DNA of 64,000 nucleotides from an uncultured Flavobacteriales bacterium (GCA_965661765.1 CBFIFE010000008.1:5737-69736); one strand, 5' to 3'; positions 15,249-24,785 are shown, numbered from the stretch's first letter. The notes: generated from the sequence alone by a model not told the origin. A program made the numbers and translations.

Positions 15249-16011
15249 GTGCGGTCAATTGAGAGAGTTTTCTGCGCTTCGCCTTGAAGCGGTTCGATTT
15301 GAGTCCTGGTCGTGTGTCGGCCAAGCCCATGCAATATTTGCTGATGCGTTCCGGCCGAATCTGTTGGGCCTTTGCCCACTGGGCGAATGGCGACCGCCGA
15401 TCGAGGCCAGATTGCTTCAGCTCAGCGATGCAGACCCCCTGCCACGCCATGGGGGCATCGGCTTCTCCTGGCGCCGCCACGACGATGTTCCAGTCGAGTG
15501 TCAATCGTTCGGTCCGGGCCCTGTTGACCAACGTGATCCGGTCAAACGCATTGAACAGGGAAGGGGCGAGGCCATCGCTGCAAATGCCCTGCGCTGAAAG
15601 GAATTGCAAGTGTTCCGGCGAAAGTTCTGAGGAGATGCGGGGCACGGGCAGGCGGCGCTTGTCGGTTTGGCCCTTGCGCTTGAGCTTCACTTCCAAGAAG
15701 GCCAAACCCGAATCCACGTAGGCACGCATCCTCACCTTGTGCCGCTGCACTTTCTGACTGTGATGCGCAAAGTAGAGGGACAGGGCGTCGTGGTCGAAAT
15801 ACAGCGTTTCATAGCGAGCGCTCCTTCGGTTGTCAATGCACAAAACGTCGAAGTCATTTCGCAAAACGTGCAGCGCATCCGCCAATTGGGTCTCGCTCAT
15901 CAGGTACTTTGTGTCCGTCCGCCGCAACAGCCGAACAGCGTCCATCTCCACCAAGGAGAGGGGCGAATACAGCCCGAGGGCCTCGTCGAATCGATTCGCG
16001 AAGGGGTGCAT
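15238..16011 (-). CDS. VTC-domain (polyphosphate-polymerase-like, triphosphate tunnel) protein
   Basis: RRTDTKYLM, YETLYFDHDALSLYFAHHSQKVQRHKVRMRAY...FLEVKLKRKG are typical VTC/CYTH-like motifs. ATG at 16011 chosen. The ORF-track N-terminal 99 aa are Arg/Pro-rich and overlap the divergent gene. Confidence 0.75.
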   Translation of the reverse strand: MHPFANRFDEALGLYSPLSLVEMDAVRLLRRTDTKYLMSETQLADALHVLRNDFDVLCIDNRRSARYETLYFDHDALSLYFAHHSQKVQRHKVRMRAYVDSGLAFLEVKLKRKGQTDKRRLPVPRISSELSPEHLQFLSAQGICSDGLAPSLFNAFDRITLVNRARTERLTLDWNIVVAAPGEADAPMAWQGVCIAELKQSGLDRRSPFAQWAKAQQIRPERISKYCMGLADTRPGLKSNRFKAKRRKLSQLTAHAV

Positions 16012-16091
16012 GCAGGTTTTTTGCAGTTTTCGAAGATAGGCAATCTGTTCATCTGTGCTCACATCAACAACGAAGGCATAACTTGCAAAGC

Positions 16092-19000
16092 ATGATGCGA
16101 TGTGTTGCGCTGGGGCTCCTGTTGTGTGCCCTGATTCCCTTTGCTGCAGGCCAAACCGTGCCTCAAACCCCATACGCCACCTCTCCGGACGATCCTGCTT
16201 GGGTCCTGATGATGTACGAGGCGGTGGCGGCGGGCGACCGATCGGACGAAACCTTGGCCGCCGTGCGCGGTGCCTTCGCCGATCATTTCGCCACGACCCC
16301 TTTCTCAAAAAACAGACACACCCAATTCTTCAAGCGGTGGGTTCGTCAGGTGGATTTGGCCCAAACCGGGCGGCCGATCTCGGCGGCTGGCGGCGCACGA
16401 CTTGCGGGCGAATGGTCAGAGCTCGGGCCATGGCATTACGACCCGGAGGTGGCCATGCATTTTCAGGTGCAATCTCCCGGGGCGTGCCACGTCTACACCG
16501 TTGAGCAGGCGCCGTCGAATCATCAGGTGGTGTGGGCCGGCACGGCGACAGCAGGCGCTTGGAAATCGGAGGATCACGGAGCGACTTGGACACTCATGAC
16601 GCGGGATTTGCCGGTGGGCAGCGTCTACGCGCTGGCCATTGACCCAAATGATGCTCAGCGGGTTTGGTTCGGGGAAGGAGATGGCCAACTCTGGCGAACG
16701 GAGGATGGTGGCGTGACTTGGACGATGTGTGGGCTGGCGGCCTTCCAAAACGTCGATCGCTGGTACCGCGACCTGAAGTTGATTCCCGGTGAATCGGGCG
16801 CCTTGACCTTGATGGCGGCGACCAACTACGGCATGTGGCGCAGCACAAATGGCGGCGATGACATGATTTACATTGCTGCTGGTGAATTCATGGAGCTCGA
16901 GGTGCACCCCCTCCATCCCGACACCCTGTACACCGTGCAGCTCACGAACAACGCCACGGCTTTTCGGAAATCCATCGATGGCGGACAGACCTTTCTGACG
17001 GCGGGTTCCTCTGGCGGAAACGGCTGGCCCTCGACGCCTTCCGGCGACTACGTGCAGCGCCGCTGTGAAATCGCCGTCTCTCCTGCGGCACCCGATCGGG
17101 TGGCGGTGTTGGCGGCTGGAACCACGCCAGATGGGGCGGGATTGTACGGGTTGTACCTCAGCGAAGATGGAGGGGAGAATTTTGGCCAAACCTGTTGCGG
17201 CGACGGCCCCGGAGGTCCGTGGTCTCCGGAGGAAAACCCGAACATCCTCGGCTGGTCCGAAGACGGATCCGGCGACGGTGGGCAGTTTTATTACGACCTG
17301 GCCCTCGGCCTGTCGCCGGACACGCCGGACCGTTGGATGGCGGCGGGCATCAATGTTTGGCGCAGCCTGGACAACGGCGAAAACTGGGACCTCAATGGCC
17401 ACTGGGTGACCTGGGCAGGCGAATTCACGGCGGAGCGGTACACGCATGCCGATGTGCACGATGTCAAGTTCTTCGTCCGCCCTGACGGCTCCATTGACAT
17501 GTGGGTGGCATCTGACGGCGGGCTGCATTATTCCGCGGACCAGGGTGATCATTTCGAACCGCGGATGTACGGCATGCACGGGACGGACTTTTGGGGCTGG
17601 CAAGCCGGTTGGCGCGAGGCGGAGGTGATGGTGGGGGGCACGTACCACAACGGGACCCTGATCCGCAATGGTGACATGTACCATTGGGGGGCGGACAGCG
17701 ACTCTTCGGGGGGGTGGTTGGCGGAGCTGGCCGGCGACAACTACCGAGGTTTTGTCAATCCTGTCGATGCGCGTCGGGGTTACCATGATGGCGGCGCGTT
17801 TGACTTCAGCACCGACCGTTGGACCCGCATTCAGGCCGCGGCTTTTGACGGCTCAAAAAAGCCCAACACCAGCTACGTCATCGGCGAATACGGGAACTTG
17901 GCGTGGGATCCACGTTGTTCGAACTGCATGTATTCTCCTGTGGGCAGTTCATTGTGGTACAGTGACAATGGTGGGGTTTCATGGAGTGAATTGCACGATT
18001 TTGGTGGTGAGAAAATCATTTCGGTCAAGGTCAGCCCGAGGCACCCCGAACGCATTTACGTTTCGCACAAACAAAGCAGCTCGGCATGGCGCATTCATCG
18101 TTCAGACGATGGAGGGCAGAGTTGGCAGAACGTTTCCATGAGCCTGGCTGAGAATGGGAACAACGGAAACAAGCCGATATACTTGGAGGCCGATGGGGAG
18201 AATGCGGACCGGGTTTGGGCCATTTTGACAGGGGGCCAAACCGGGCACAAGGTCTTCGAATCCACCGACGCGGGCGAATCTTGGCAGGACCTCACCACCG
18301 ATGTCATCGCCGATCAACGCGTCATCAGCATCGCGCACCAACGCGGCACAGCTGGCGGCTTGTACATCGGAACCCTGGGCTCTGTTTTTTATATGGATGA
18401 CACCTCAACGGAGTGGGCGGTTGTGGGCACCTCCGGCCTGCCTGCGCGCACCACGAATTTGTTCCTGCAGCCCAACTATTGCGGGGGCACCTTGCGCAGC
18501 GCTGGCAATCGCGGCGTTCATGAAGTCGATTTTGTGGCGCCGTCTTCCGTGCAGTCTGGCTTCATGGCCGATCGGTTGCAGGTCAACCTCGCCACACCTT
18601 GCGAAACGCCACCAGTGCGCTTTGCCGAAGTCGCTGTGGCCAGTTGCGGGGACTTGAGTTTTGATTGGACCTTCGAAGGGGCCACGCCGGCCACAGCCAC
18701 CGGTTCAGAGGTCTTCGTGACCTATGACGGACCCGGGCAATACGATGTCACTTGCACCGTCACGGATGGGGCGGGCAATGTTGACACTTGGACTTGGCCG
18801 GCGATGATCTCCGTGGTGGATGAGCCCGTGTTGCCAGGAGGGGGTTTTGCAGAGGATTTTGACGGTCCGCTCTTTCCACCGGCAAACTGGCGGATGGACA
18901 CCCCCGGGCGCGCTTGGGAGCAAGCCTGGGACTTGCAAGATGAGACGAACGGCGTGGCCCAGTTCCCGAATTATTGGGCCGACACCGGCGGGGCTGAAGA

Positions 19001-19601
19001 TCTCCTGATCACCCCTGGCTTTGACCCCACCGGGCTGGACAACGTCACCTTCGATGTCACCTACCAAACCTACGCTGATGCTGTCGACGGTCTTGCCCTC
19101 TGGGGACGCCCTGCGGGTGCCGAGAATTGGACGTCGCTTTGGTCAGCGGCTGGCGAGGCGCTGGCGGTGCCGGGGTGTTACACGTGGTTTTGGTACGATA
19201 CTGGGGGAACGCCAGCATCGGAGACCTACGAAGTGCTTTTGCCTGCGGCGTGGACATCGGGAGAGGTGGGGTGCATGGAACTGGCGTGGGTGAACATTGG
19301 GGGACATGGGAACCACATTTGGTTGGACAATGTGGCTGTCAATCAGGCCAAATCCGTCGACCCCCTTCACCGCTCGACCTGGTCGCTGTACCCGAACCCG
19401 AACCGTGGGGATGTGCTGCACCTTTCGGCGGCCCCTGACCTCGTGGAGCTGCGCGATGCCGCAGGGGCGCTCATTCGCCAATGGCGCGGTGGAGGTGGGC
19501 AGACCAGGATGTCTGTGGATGTCTCAGGATTGCCGGCAGGGCTCTATTTCATTGTCGCGGAGGGGCGCCCAGCCCTGAAGTTTCACCGGGTGGGTCGGTA
19601 A
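16092..19601 (+). CDS. T9SS type A cargo: BNR/Asp-box repeat (sialidase-like propeller) protein with a PKD domain and a MAM/choice-of-anchor-like domain
   Basis: Signal MMRCVALGLLLCALIPFAAGQ (ATG 16092). About 10 Asp-boxes (SEDHGATW, TEDGGVTW, SIDGGQTF, SEDGGENF, SLDNGENW, SDNGGVSW, SDDGGQSW, STDAGESW). PKD-like YDGPGQYDVTCTVTDGAGN. CTD LYPNPNRGDVLHL...GLYFIVAEG. Confidence 0.85.
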   Translation: MMRCVALGLLLCALIPFAAGQTVPQTPYATSPDDPAWVLMMYEAVAAGDRSDETLAAVRGAFADHFATTPFSKNRHTQFFKRWVRQVDLAQTGRPISAAGGARLAGEWSELGPWHYDPEVAMHFQVQSPGACHVYTVEQAPSNHQVVWAGTATAGAWKSEDHGATWTLMTRDLPVGSVYALAIDPNDAQRVWFGEGDGQLWRTEDGGVTWTMCGLAAFQNVDRWYRDLKLIPGESGALTLMAATNYGMWRSTNGGDDMIYIAAGEFMELEVHPLHPDTLYTVQLTNNATAFRKSIDGGQTFLTAGSSGGNGWPSTPSGDYVQRRCEIAVSPAAPDRVAVLAAGTTPDGAGLYGLYLSEDGGENFGQTCCGDGPGGPWSPEENPNILGWSEDGSGDGGQFYYDLALGLSPDTPDRWMAAGINVWRSLDNGENWDLNGHWVTWAGEFTAERYTHADVHDVKFFVRPDGSIDMWVASDGGLHYSADQGDHFEPRMYGMHGTDFWGWQAGWREAEVMVGGTYHNGTLIRNGDMYHWGADSDSSGGWLAELAGDNYRGFVNPVDARRGYHDGGAFDFSTDRWTRIQAAAFDGSKKPNTSYVIGEYGNLAWDPRCSNCMYSPVGSSLWYSDNGGVSWSELHDFGGEKIISVKVSPRHPERIYVSHKQSSSAWRIHRSDDGGQSWQNVSMSLAENGNNGNKPIYLEADGENADRVWAILTGGQTGHKVFESTDAGESWQDLTTDVIADQRVISIAHQRGTAGGLYIGTLGSVFYMDDTSTEWAVVGTSGLPARTTNLFLQPNYCGGTLRSAGNRGVHEVDFVAPSSVQSGFMADRLQVNLATPCETPPVRFAEVAVASCGDLSFDWTFEGATPATATGSEVFVTYDGPGQYDVTCTVTDGAGNVDTWTWPAMISVVDEPVLPGGGFAEDFDGPLFPPANWRMDTPGRAWEQAWDLQDETNGVAQFPNYWADTGGAEDLLITPGFDPTGLDNVTFDVTYQTYADAVDGLALWGRPAGAENWTSLWSAAGEALAVPGCYTWFWYDTGGTPASETYEVLLPAAWTSGEVGCMELAWVNIGGHGNHIWLDNVAVNQAKSVDPLHRSTWSLYPNPNRGDVLHLSAAPDLVELRDAAGALIRQWRGGGGQTRMSVDVSGLPAGLYFIVAEGRPALKFHRVGR

Positions 19602-19613
19602 GGTGGGATTGCG

Positions 19614-19621
19614 TACATTTG
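19614..19621 (+). promoter_or_regulatory. Candidate -7 promoter box TACATTTG upstream of the cold-shock gene
   Basis: Exact match to TAnnTTTG, 34 nt upstream of the start at 19656. I found no convincing -33 TTTG at canonical spacing. Confidence 0.35.
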
Positions 19622-19655
19622 GCGAGAAATTCAATTCATCAATTCACAACACATT

Positions 19656-20105
19656 TTGGGTAGATCAAATCAAACATTCAGCAAGCGGGAACGGGAACTG
19701 AAAAGAGAAAAGAAGCGGAAGGAGAAGGAGGCCAAAAAACTGGTCAGAGCGGAGAACAAGACAACGCTGGATTCGGATGATATGATTGCCTACGTGGATG
19801 AATTCGGTCAAATCACGGACACACCACCAGACCCCACGCAGCGGGCGGAGGTGAGCCTTGAGGACATTGAGATCAGCGTCCCGAAGAAGGAAGAAGTCGA
19901 AGATGAGGGACCTCACGAGGGCATTGTCAGTTTTTACAATGCAGACAAGGGTTTCGGTTTCATCCGGGATTTGGTGACACAAGAACGCGTCTTCGTTCAC
20001 GTGAGCAACCTCGAGGAAGAGATTGCTGAGGATCAACGGGTGAAATTTGAGATTGAGATGACCGATCGGGGCCCAGGGGCCGTCAAGGTGTCTCGCGTGA
20101 AGTGA
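19656..20105 (+). CDS. Cold-shock domain protein with a Lys/Glu-rich N-terminal extension
   Basis: C-terminal GIVSFYNADKGFGFIRDLVTQERVFVHVSNL...VKFEIEMTDRGPGAVKV (CSD RNP motifs). TTG start gives MGRSNQTFSKRERELKREKKRKEKE. Confidence 0.85.
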   Translation: MGRSNQTFSKRERELKREKKRKEKEAKKLVRAENKTTLDSDDMIAYVDEFGQITDTPPDPTQRAEVSLEDIEISVPKKEEVEDEGPHEGIVSFYNADKGFGFIRDLVTQERVFVHVSNLEEEIAEDQRVKFEIEMTDRGPGAVKVSRVK

Positions 20106-20193
20106 TTCGTCCCGTCTCTCGGGTTTCGTTTCTCGCTGTCATCGTGGGGTTTTCCGCACGAGATTTTGTCAGGGAATCGGTAATTTTGCCTTT

Positions 20194-21471
20194 GTGAAGC
20201 GGCCCATCATCATCGGAGCTGGCGTGGCAGGGCTTTCGGCGTGCCTCGAATTTGAGGCGGCCGGTTGTGCCCCGATTCTGCTGGAGGCTCGGGGTGAATT
20301 GGGCGGCCGGTTGCGCACGGACTTTGTCGATGGGGTCCCCATTGATCATGGTTTTCAAGTGCTGTTGACGGCCTACCCGGAGGTCAAGCGCCTCTTGGAC
20401 GTGAAGGCCCTGAATCCCATCCGGTTTGACAGCGGCGCTCGTGTTTTTCGGTCGGCCGGTGGTGCCCCAGTCCTGGTGTCGGATCCCCGACGCCATCCGG
20501 GCGATGCCATGGCGACCTTGGGCAGTGGTTTGGTGAAAATCGGGGATGGCTGGCGGATGTTGCGCCACTTGCGTTCCATTCGCAGTGGCCAAAAGTTTGC
20601 TCGGGTTTTTTCTGATGCGGCGGTGAGCCGTTCGACGGCCGAGATGCTCGAAGCCCGGGGGTATTCTGTGGATCTCGTGGATGAATTCTTTCGCCCATTT
20701 TTCGGGGGGATTTTCCTCGACCGCGACCTCAAAACGCCCGAGAGCATGTTCAATTTTGTGCTGCGCATGTTTGCCTCAGGTTCTGCCGTCTTGCCGCATG
20801 GCGGGATGCGTGTCGTGGCTGCGCAGCTCGAAGGCAATCTTGCGAAGACGGAGGTCAGAAAGCAGGTCCAAGCGGTTTGGGTGAACGAGGAAGGCACTGA
20901 ACTTCGCTGTGCGGATGGGGAGGTCATTCGTGGGGATGGTGTGGTGTTGGCCGTGCCCGGCTTGACGCGAGACGTGGAAGGCAGGCTCGTTCGTGACAAT
21001 GACCTGAGGTGGAACCGAACCGTGCGGTATGTGTGGTCGATTGCGCCGGATGTGCGGCGTTTTGAGCGGCCCATCATCGGCCTGACCCCGGGGTCGAAGC
21101 GCATCACGAACATGCACTTTTTCCGAGACTTGGACCCGGAGTGGCCGGACTGGGTGTCGGTGACTGCTGTAGGCGATTCTGCCGATGTCGTGGACATCGC
21201 GGACGACAAGGCCATGCGCTTGGCGTTTCAGCACGCCACAGGCATAGCTGTTCGAGAGACCGTTGCCATGCACGACGTGCGTCAGGCTCTGCCCATTGTG
21301 GGCCGTCAGATGTACGAGCCAGACCCCGAGTCGACCTGGCTCATCGATGGGGTGCTCAAGGCTGGAGATGACCGGTCGAATCCGTCCTTCAACGGTGCTG
21401 CCCGGGCAGGCGCAGTTGCCGCGCAAGCTTTGGTCTCCTCTTGGGGCTCGAACCCTAAGCAGATGGCGTAA
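20194..21471 (+). CDS. NAD(P)/FAD-dependent oxidoreductase (amine oxidase / phytoene desaturase-like)
   Basis: N-terminal dinucleotide fold KRPIIIGAGVAGLSACLEFEAAG..LLEARGELGGR. GTG start at 20194. Confidence 0.8.
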   Translation: MKRPIIIGAGVAGLSACLEFEAAGCAPILLEARGELGGRLRTDFVDGVPIDHGFQVLLTAYPEVKRLLDVKALNPIRFDSGARVFRSAGGAPVLVSDPRRHPGDAMATLGSGLVKIGDGWRMLRHLRSIRSGQKFARVFSDAAVSRSTAEMLEARGYSVDLVDEFFRPFFGGIFLDRDLKTPESMFNFVLRMFASGSAVLPHGGMRVVAAQLEGNLAKTEVRKQVQAVWVNEEGTELRCADGEVIRGDGVVLAVPGLTRDVEGRLVRDNDLRWNRTVRYVWSIAPDVRRFERPIIGLTPGSKRITNMHFFRDLDPEWPDWVSVTAVGDSADVVDIADDKAMRLAFQHATGIAVRETVAMHDVRQALPIVGRQMYEPDPESTWLIDGVLKAGDDRSNPSFNGAARAGAVAAQALVSSWGSNPKQMA

Positions 21472-21483
21472 CTTTCGCAGCAG

Positions 21484-21852
21484 ATGATTCGCTTTTGGTC
21501 CACCTTCTTGCTGTCGCTTTTTGTCACTGTTCTTGCAGGGGATGCGGTTCACGGGTGGTCGCATGTTGAGGTTGTCGATTTGGGGCCCGAGCCGGAGGCT
21601 CACCATCGCTGCCATGGAGACCACAGTCACCACCACGAGGATTCTCCCTCCGATGCACCGGGTCCTGCCGACTGCCACTTGTGCGATTGGGAAAACGCCA
21701 TCGTTCCGGAGCCGATTGCGCTCGACCTTCTGCCGGAAATGCCCTCGCGCATCGCAGGGATCCATGTACCCGGTGTTCATCCACCTTCGGCTGCATGCAG
21801 CCATTCACTGCTTGCATCTGCAGATCGCGGACCTCCGGCGAAAGTGCTTTGA
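21484..21852 (+). CDS. Small secreted His/Cys-rich protein
   Basis: Signal-like MIRFWSTFLLSLFVTVLAG, then HHRCHGDHSHHHED and CHLCDW, ending ..RGPPAKVL. Lies 12 nt after the oxidoreductase and just upstream of the TBDR. Confidence 0.5.
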   Translation: MIRFWSTFLLSLFVTVLAGDAVHGWSHVEVVDLGPEPEAHHRCHGDHSHHHEDSPSDAPGPADCHLCDWENAIVPEPIALDLLPEMPSRIAGIHVPGVHPPSAACSHSLLASADRGPPAKVL

Positions 21853-21914
21853 TTTTCGGCCGCTGAGCAGCGCCAGGGTGCGCTGAGTTGTCCACTTTTT
21901 TCTCAAACCTTTCG

Positions 21915-23945
21915 ATGCAATCCACAGTTCGCTTTCTGGGCGGGTGGTTGTGGGCATTCACCATGTTGATGGGCCATGTTTGGGGCCAATCCCCGAACGA
22001 TTCCCTCCCTCCACATGCGTGGCAGTTGGAATTGCCAGCTGCATCTGTTCATGCCGCCTCGCCGTTGCCTTCCCCTTCAAGTTCTGCCGCCACAGTGGTG
22101 GCTCGACTCGGCCAAACCCCCGGCGTTCGCTTGGCGAATCTCGGTGAGGGCTTGGTGCAGCCTGTGCTGGCTGGGCTGCAGGGCTCCCGGGTTCAGCTCA
22201 TCGAACGCGGCATGCCCATGCATGGGGGGCGCTGGGGCAGCGACCATGGTGCGGTCCTGCCGTTTCAATCGCTTTTGTCCCACGACATTCAAGTCGCTCA
22301 AGGCATGGACAGGCTGGGGTTTGGTGCGTTGATCATCGAGAGTGTGCCTTGGTTGCCTGGCCGGGACACCACACGGTGGGAAGTCGCTCTTCGCGGTCGA
22401 ATGGGGGACGGGCTCTGGGGGACGGAGGCCCGTTGGACCCAACGCAGGGATGACCTGCAAATCAGCGTGGAAGCGGTCCAAGCCACATTTGGTGATCGCA
22501 ATGTTCCCGACAGCGGGTTCGTTTATCTCGGTCGGACCTTGCCCATCCGGGATGGAAGGCTGCTCAACACCTCTGGTCGTTCTCAAACTGGCCGTGCAGC
22601 TTTGCGATGGCGAGGTCGGCACAGCTGGGAGATGGCGGTTTCCGGTGGGCGAGTGGAGCAGGGCTTGTTTCCTGGTTTTGTGGGGTTTCCTTTGGAAGCA
22701 GACCTCCGAGGGGACGATGCGCCATTTTTGCGATCGCTGCCGCTTGCTGAAAGCAGCCGGCTCTCGTTGACCCTCCGTTCGTGGCGGGCGGGCTCCGGTG
22801 GTCGCTGGCGGTTCGGGGTTCAATGGAATGATCGATCCGAGTTTGCGCCACCTCATGCACACGGTTGGGGACCGCTGCCTGACGATGCTTTGAGCTTTCA
22901 GTTGAAGGAATTCGGCGGGTTTGCTGGTTTTGACAAGAACTTGGCTCAGGGCTGGCAGATCAGCGCAGAGGCCGAATGGCTGAACGCCCAAACCGCGGGG
23001 TGGGAATTCCTGTTGCCCGATCACCAACGGCTTCGGCTCGCCGCTGGCCTCTTTCACGAGGGAGACGTCTGGACTTGGGGCGCGCGGTTCGCCTTTGCCG
23101 ATCATCGGGCTGCGGCGCACCAAGAGCCCCGGTACAACGCAGCAGGTGACACTGTGGGATTGGACGTTCGCGCAGAAGCACTCCACCGAGAATTTGTGGG
23201 GATGACCTTGCATCTTGAGCGTGGGCTTTCCACGCGCGGAACCCTGCGGGTGCGGGGGCTGTCTCGTCTTCCGGATGCGTACGAGCTCTCGGCGAATGGC
23301 ATCCACCACGGCACTGCGCGTTTTGAACAAGGCTCTCGCGATTTGCGCCCCGAGCATGAATTGGAAGTCGCAGTGGATTGGTCGGCGACCCGTTGGGCTG
23401 TGCGCGCATGGGGAGCTGCCTCGCCGGATTTCATTTTTTTGACCCCTACCTCAGCATTCGCGCCCATTGCCCATGCGGGTCAGGTCATGGCCTTCGAGCA
23501 GGCGCCAGCTTGGCGAATGGGGCTGGAGGCCCATTGGCAAACGCAGACAGCGCGCCCAGAATCCCCTTGGTTCATGGATGTCCGGGGCGCGGCGCTGGCC
23601 GCGTGGCGTTTGGATGAAGGCACCGGGCTTCCATTCACCCCACCATTCGATGCCACGATCACCTTGGGCTGGCGCCCCATCGCTTGGATGCAATGCACGC
23701 TGGCAGCACAGGCCATTGCGCCCTCGCTGATGCTTGCTCGCAACGAAGTCTACACCCCAGGGGTGCTGTTGGTGGACGCTGGGGTGGAAGCGGAGGGCCA
23801 AGTTTGGCAAAACCCTTTCACCCTTCGCCTGCAAGTCCGAAATGCAGGCAACACCGCTTACTTCAACCACATCAATCCTTACCGCGTCCTTGATCTTTCG
23901 GAACAAGGGCGCACCATTGAATTGTCTTTAAACACTCAATTTTGA
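21915..23945 (+). CDS. TonB-dependent receptor (small, about 676 aa)
   Basis: Plug-like TPGVRLANLGEGLVQPVLAGLQGSRVQLIERGMPMHGGRWGSDHG; beta-barrel pattern; C-terminal ...IELSLNTQF ends in an aromatic residue. ATG at 21915 (TTG at 21888 is possible). Confidence 0.8.
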   Translation: MQSTVRFLGGWLWAFTMLMGHVWGQSPNDSLPPHAWQLELPAASVHAASPLPSPSSSAATVVARLGQTPGVRLANLGEGLVQPVLAGLQGSRVQLIERGMPMHGGRWGSDHGAVLPFQSLLSHDIQVAQGMDRLGFGALIIESVPWLPGRDTTRWEVALRGRMGDGLWGTEARWTQRRDDLQISVEAVQATFGDRNVPDSGFVYLGRTLPIRDGRLLNTSGRSQTGRAALRWRGRHSWEMAVSGGRVEQGLFPGFVGFPLEADLRGDDAPFLRSLPLAESSRLSLTLRSWRAGSGGRWRFGVQWNDRSEFAPPHAHGWGPLPDDALSFQLKEFGGFAGFDKNLAQGWQISAEAEWLNAQTAGWEFLLPDHQRLRLAAGLFHEGDVWTWGARFAFADHRAAAHQEPRYNAAGDTVGLDVRAEALHREFVGMTLHLERGLSTRGTLRVRGLSRLPDAYELSANGIHHGTARFEQGSRDLRPEHELEVAVDWSATRWAVRAWGAASPDFIFLTPTSAFAPIAHAGQVMAFEQAPAWRMGLEAHWQTQTARPESPWFMDVRGAALAAWRLDEGTGLPFTPPFDATITLGWRPIAWMQCTLAAQAIAPSLMLARNEVYTPGVLLVDAGVEAEGQVWQNPFTLRLQVRNAGNTAYFNHINPYRVLDLSEQGRTIELSLNTQF

Positions 23946-23948
23946 TCC

Positions 23949-24704
23949 ATGAAACATGTTCATTTCACCCTCGCGGCGCTCGCTGCTGCTGTCCTCTTCG
24001 GTTGCCAAGAAGCAGACCTCACCCCGCCGTCCATCGCGCTTGTAGCGAACGGATCTCTGGCTCCTGGAGAGGCAGAAGCTCTGGCAGGCACACCCCTCAA
24101 CGTCACCATCGAGTTGACGGACAATGAAAAACTCGGTTCGGTGCGCATCGATCTCCATGATGCTGCCGGACACTCCCACGATGGGGAAGAAGCCGAGCTC
24201 ATCTTGTTCTCCGGCGCTGAAGATTGGGCCTTGCTTGAAACGTCGAATCTGGCCGGATCGCAGCGGCTGTTGACCAAATCTTACGACATCCCTGGACACA
24301 TTCGCGGCATGTGGGATTTGGTCGTGGACCTCACGGACGCCGAAGGCAACGAGGCTGAAACCGCGTACCTGCAAGTGCATGTGGAAAATGACAGCATTCC
24401 GCTCTTTGTCGTGCCGTACACAACGGAGCCGGTTTGGTCGGCAGGCAGTTCGGTTGCCTTGGCGGGTGACTTAACGGATGCTGACGGGCTGCTGTCGGGC
24501 GTGGCCAGGCTTCGAGACCACGATGGAACCCTGATCACCGAGCAGAACATCCCTTTGAGCGAAGGTGATTTGGCGGCGGACTTGTCCTTGGTGTCTTTCA
24601 ACATCCCGACAGATGCCGGGGGAGAAGAGCTGGAGGTGGAGTTGGAAGCGACAGATTTGGCAGGCCAAACCTGCCTCACCTCCTTTCACGTTGAAATCGA
24701 ATGA
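23949..24704 (+). CDS. Lipoprotein with two Ig-like modules, DUF4625-like, carrying a His cluster
   Basis: Lipobox LAAAVLFGC; LNVTIELTDNEKLGSVRIDLHDAAGHSHDGEE. Starts 3 nt after the TBDR stop. Confidence 0.6.
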   Translation: MKHVHFTLAALAAAVLFGCQEADLTPPSIALVANGSLAPGEAEALAGTPLNVTIELTDNEKLGSVRIDLHDAAGHSHDGEEAELILFSGAEDWALLETSNLAGSQRLLTKSYDIPGHIRGMWDLVVDLTDAEGNEAETAYLQVHVENDSIPLFVVPYTTEPVWSAGSSVALAGDLTDADGLLSGVARLRDHDGTLITEQNIPLSEGDLAADLSLVSFNIPTDAGGEELEVELEATDLAGQTCLTSFHVEIE

Positions 24705-24748
24705 TGGCTCCGATTTCGCCGTGAACCGATCGGCCTGCACCGAGCAAC

Positions 24749-24785
24749 GGTGGCGAGGCGTTCCATGAGAAGCGCCTCGCCCACC
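24749..24785 (+). terminator. Hairpin (12-bp stem with one bulge) downstream of the TBDR/lipoprotein genes
   Basis: GGTGGCGAGGCG-ttccatgagaag-CGCCTCGC(C)CACC. It runs directly into repeat array 1. No U-tract. Confidence 0.4.

Noticed and set aside
15909-16308. Overlapping N-terminal extensions of ORF 15238..16308 (-) and ORF 15909..19601 (+)
   Set aside because: The two extensions overlap each other, are Arg/Pro-rich and lack domain content. Internal ATGs at 16011 (-) and 16092 (+, followed by a signal peptide) give a clean 80-bp divergent spacer.
16416-17786. 456-aa minus-strand ORF inside the BNR-repeat gene
   Set aside because: It is antisense to a gene with about 10 Asp-box motifs. The composition is Arg/Pro/His-rich and no motifs are present.
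20181-20188. TAATTTTG (perfect TAnnTTTG box) upstream of the oxidoreductase gene
   Set aside because: It ends only 5 nt before the GTG start, so the transcript would have to be leaderless with a GTG start. The nearest TTTG (20165-20168) is at non-canonical spacing. This is too weak to report as a promoter.
20373-23357. Long minus-strand ORFs (20373..21215, 20776..21804, 22077..23357) opposite the oxidoreductase and TBDR genes
   Set aside because: The sense strand carries a Rossmann GxGxxG motif and TBDR plug/barrel motifs. The antisense translations are low-complexity and basic.
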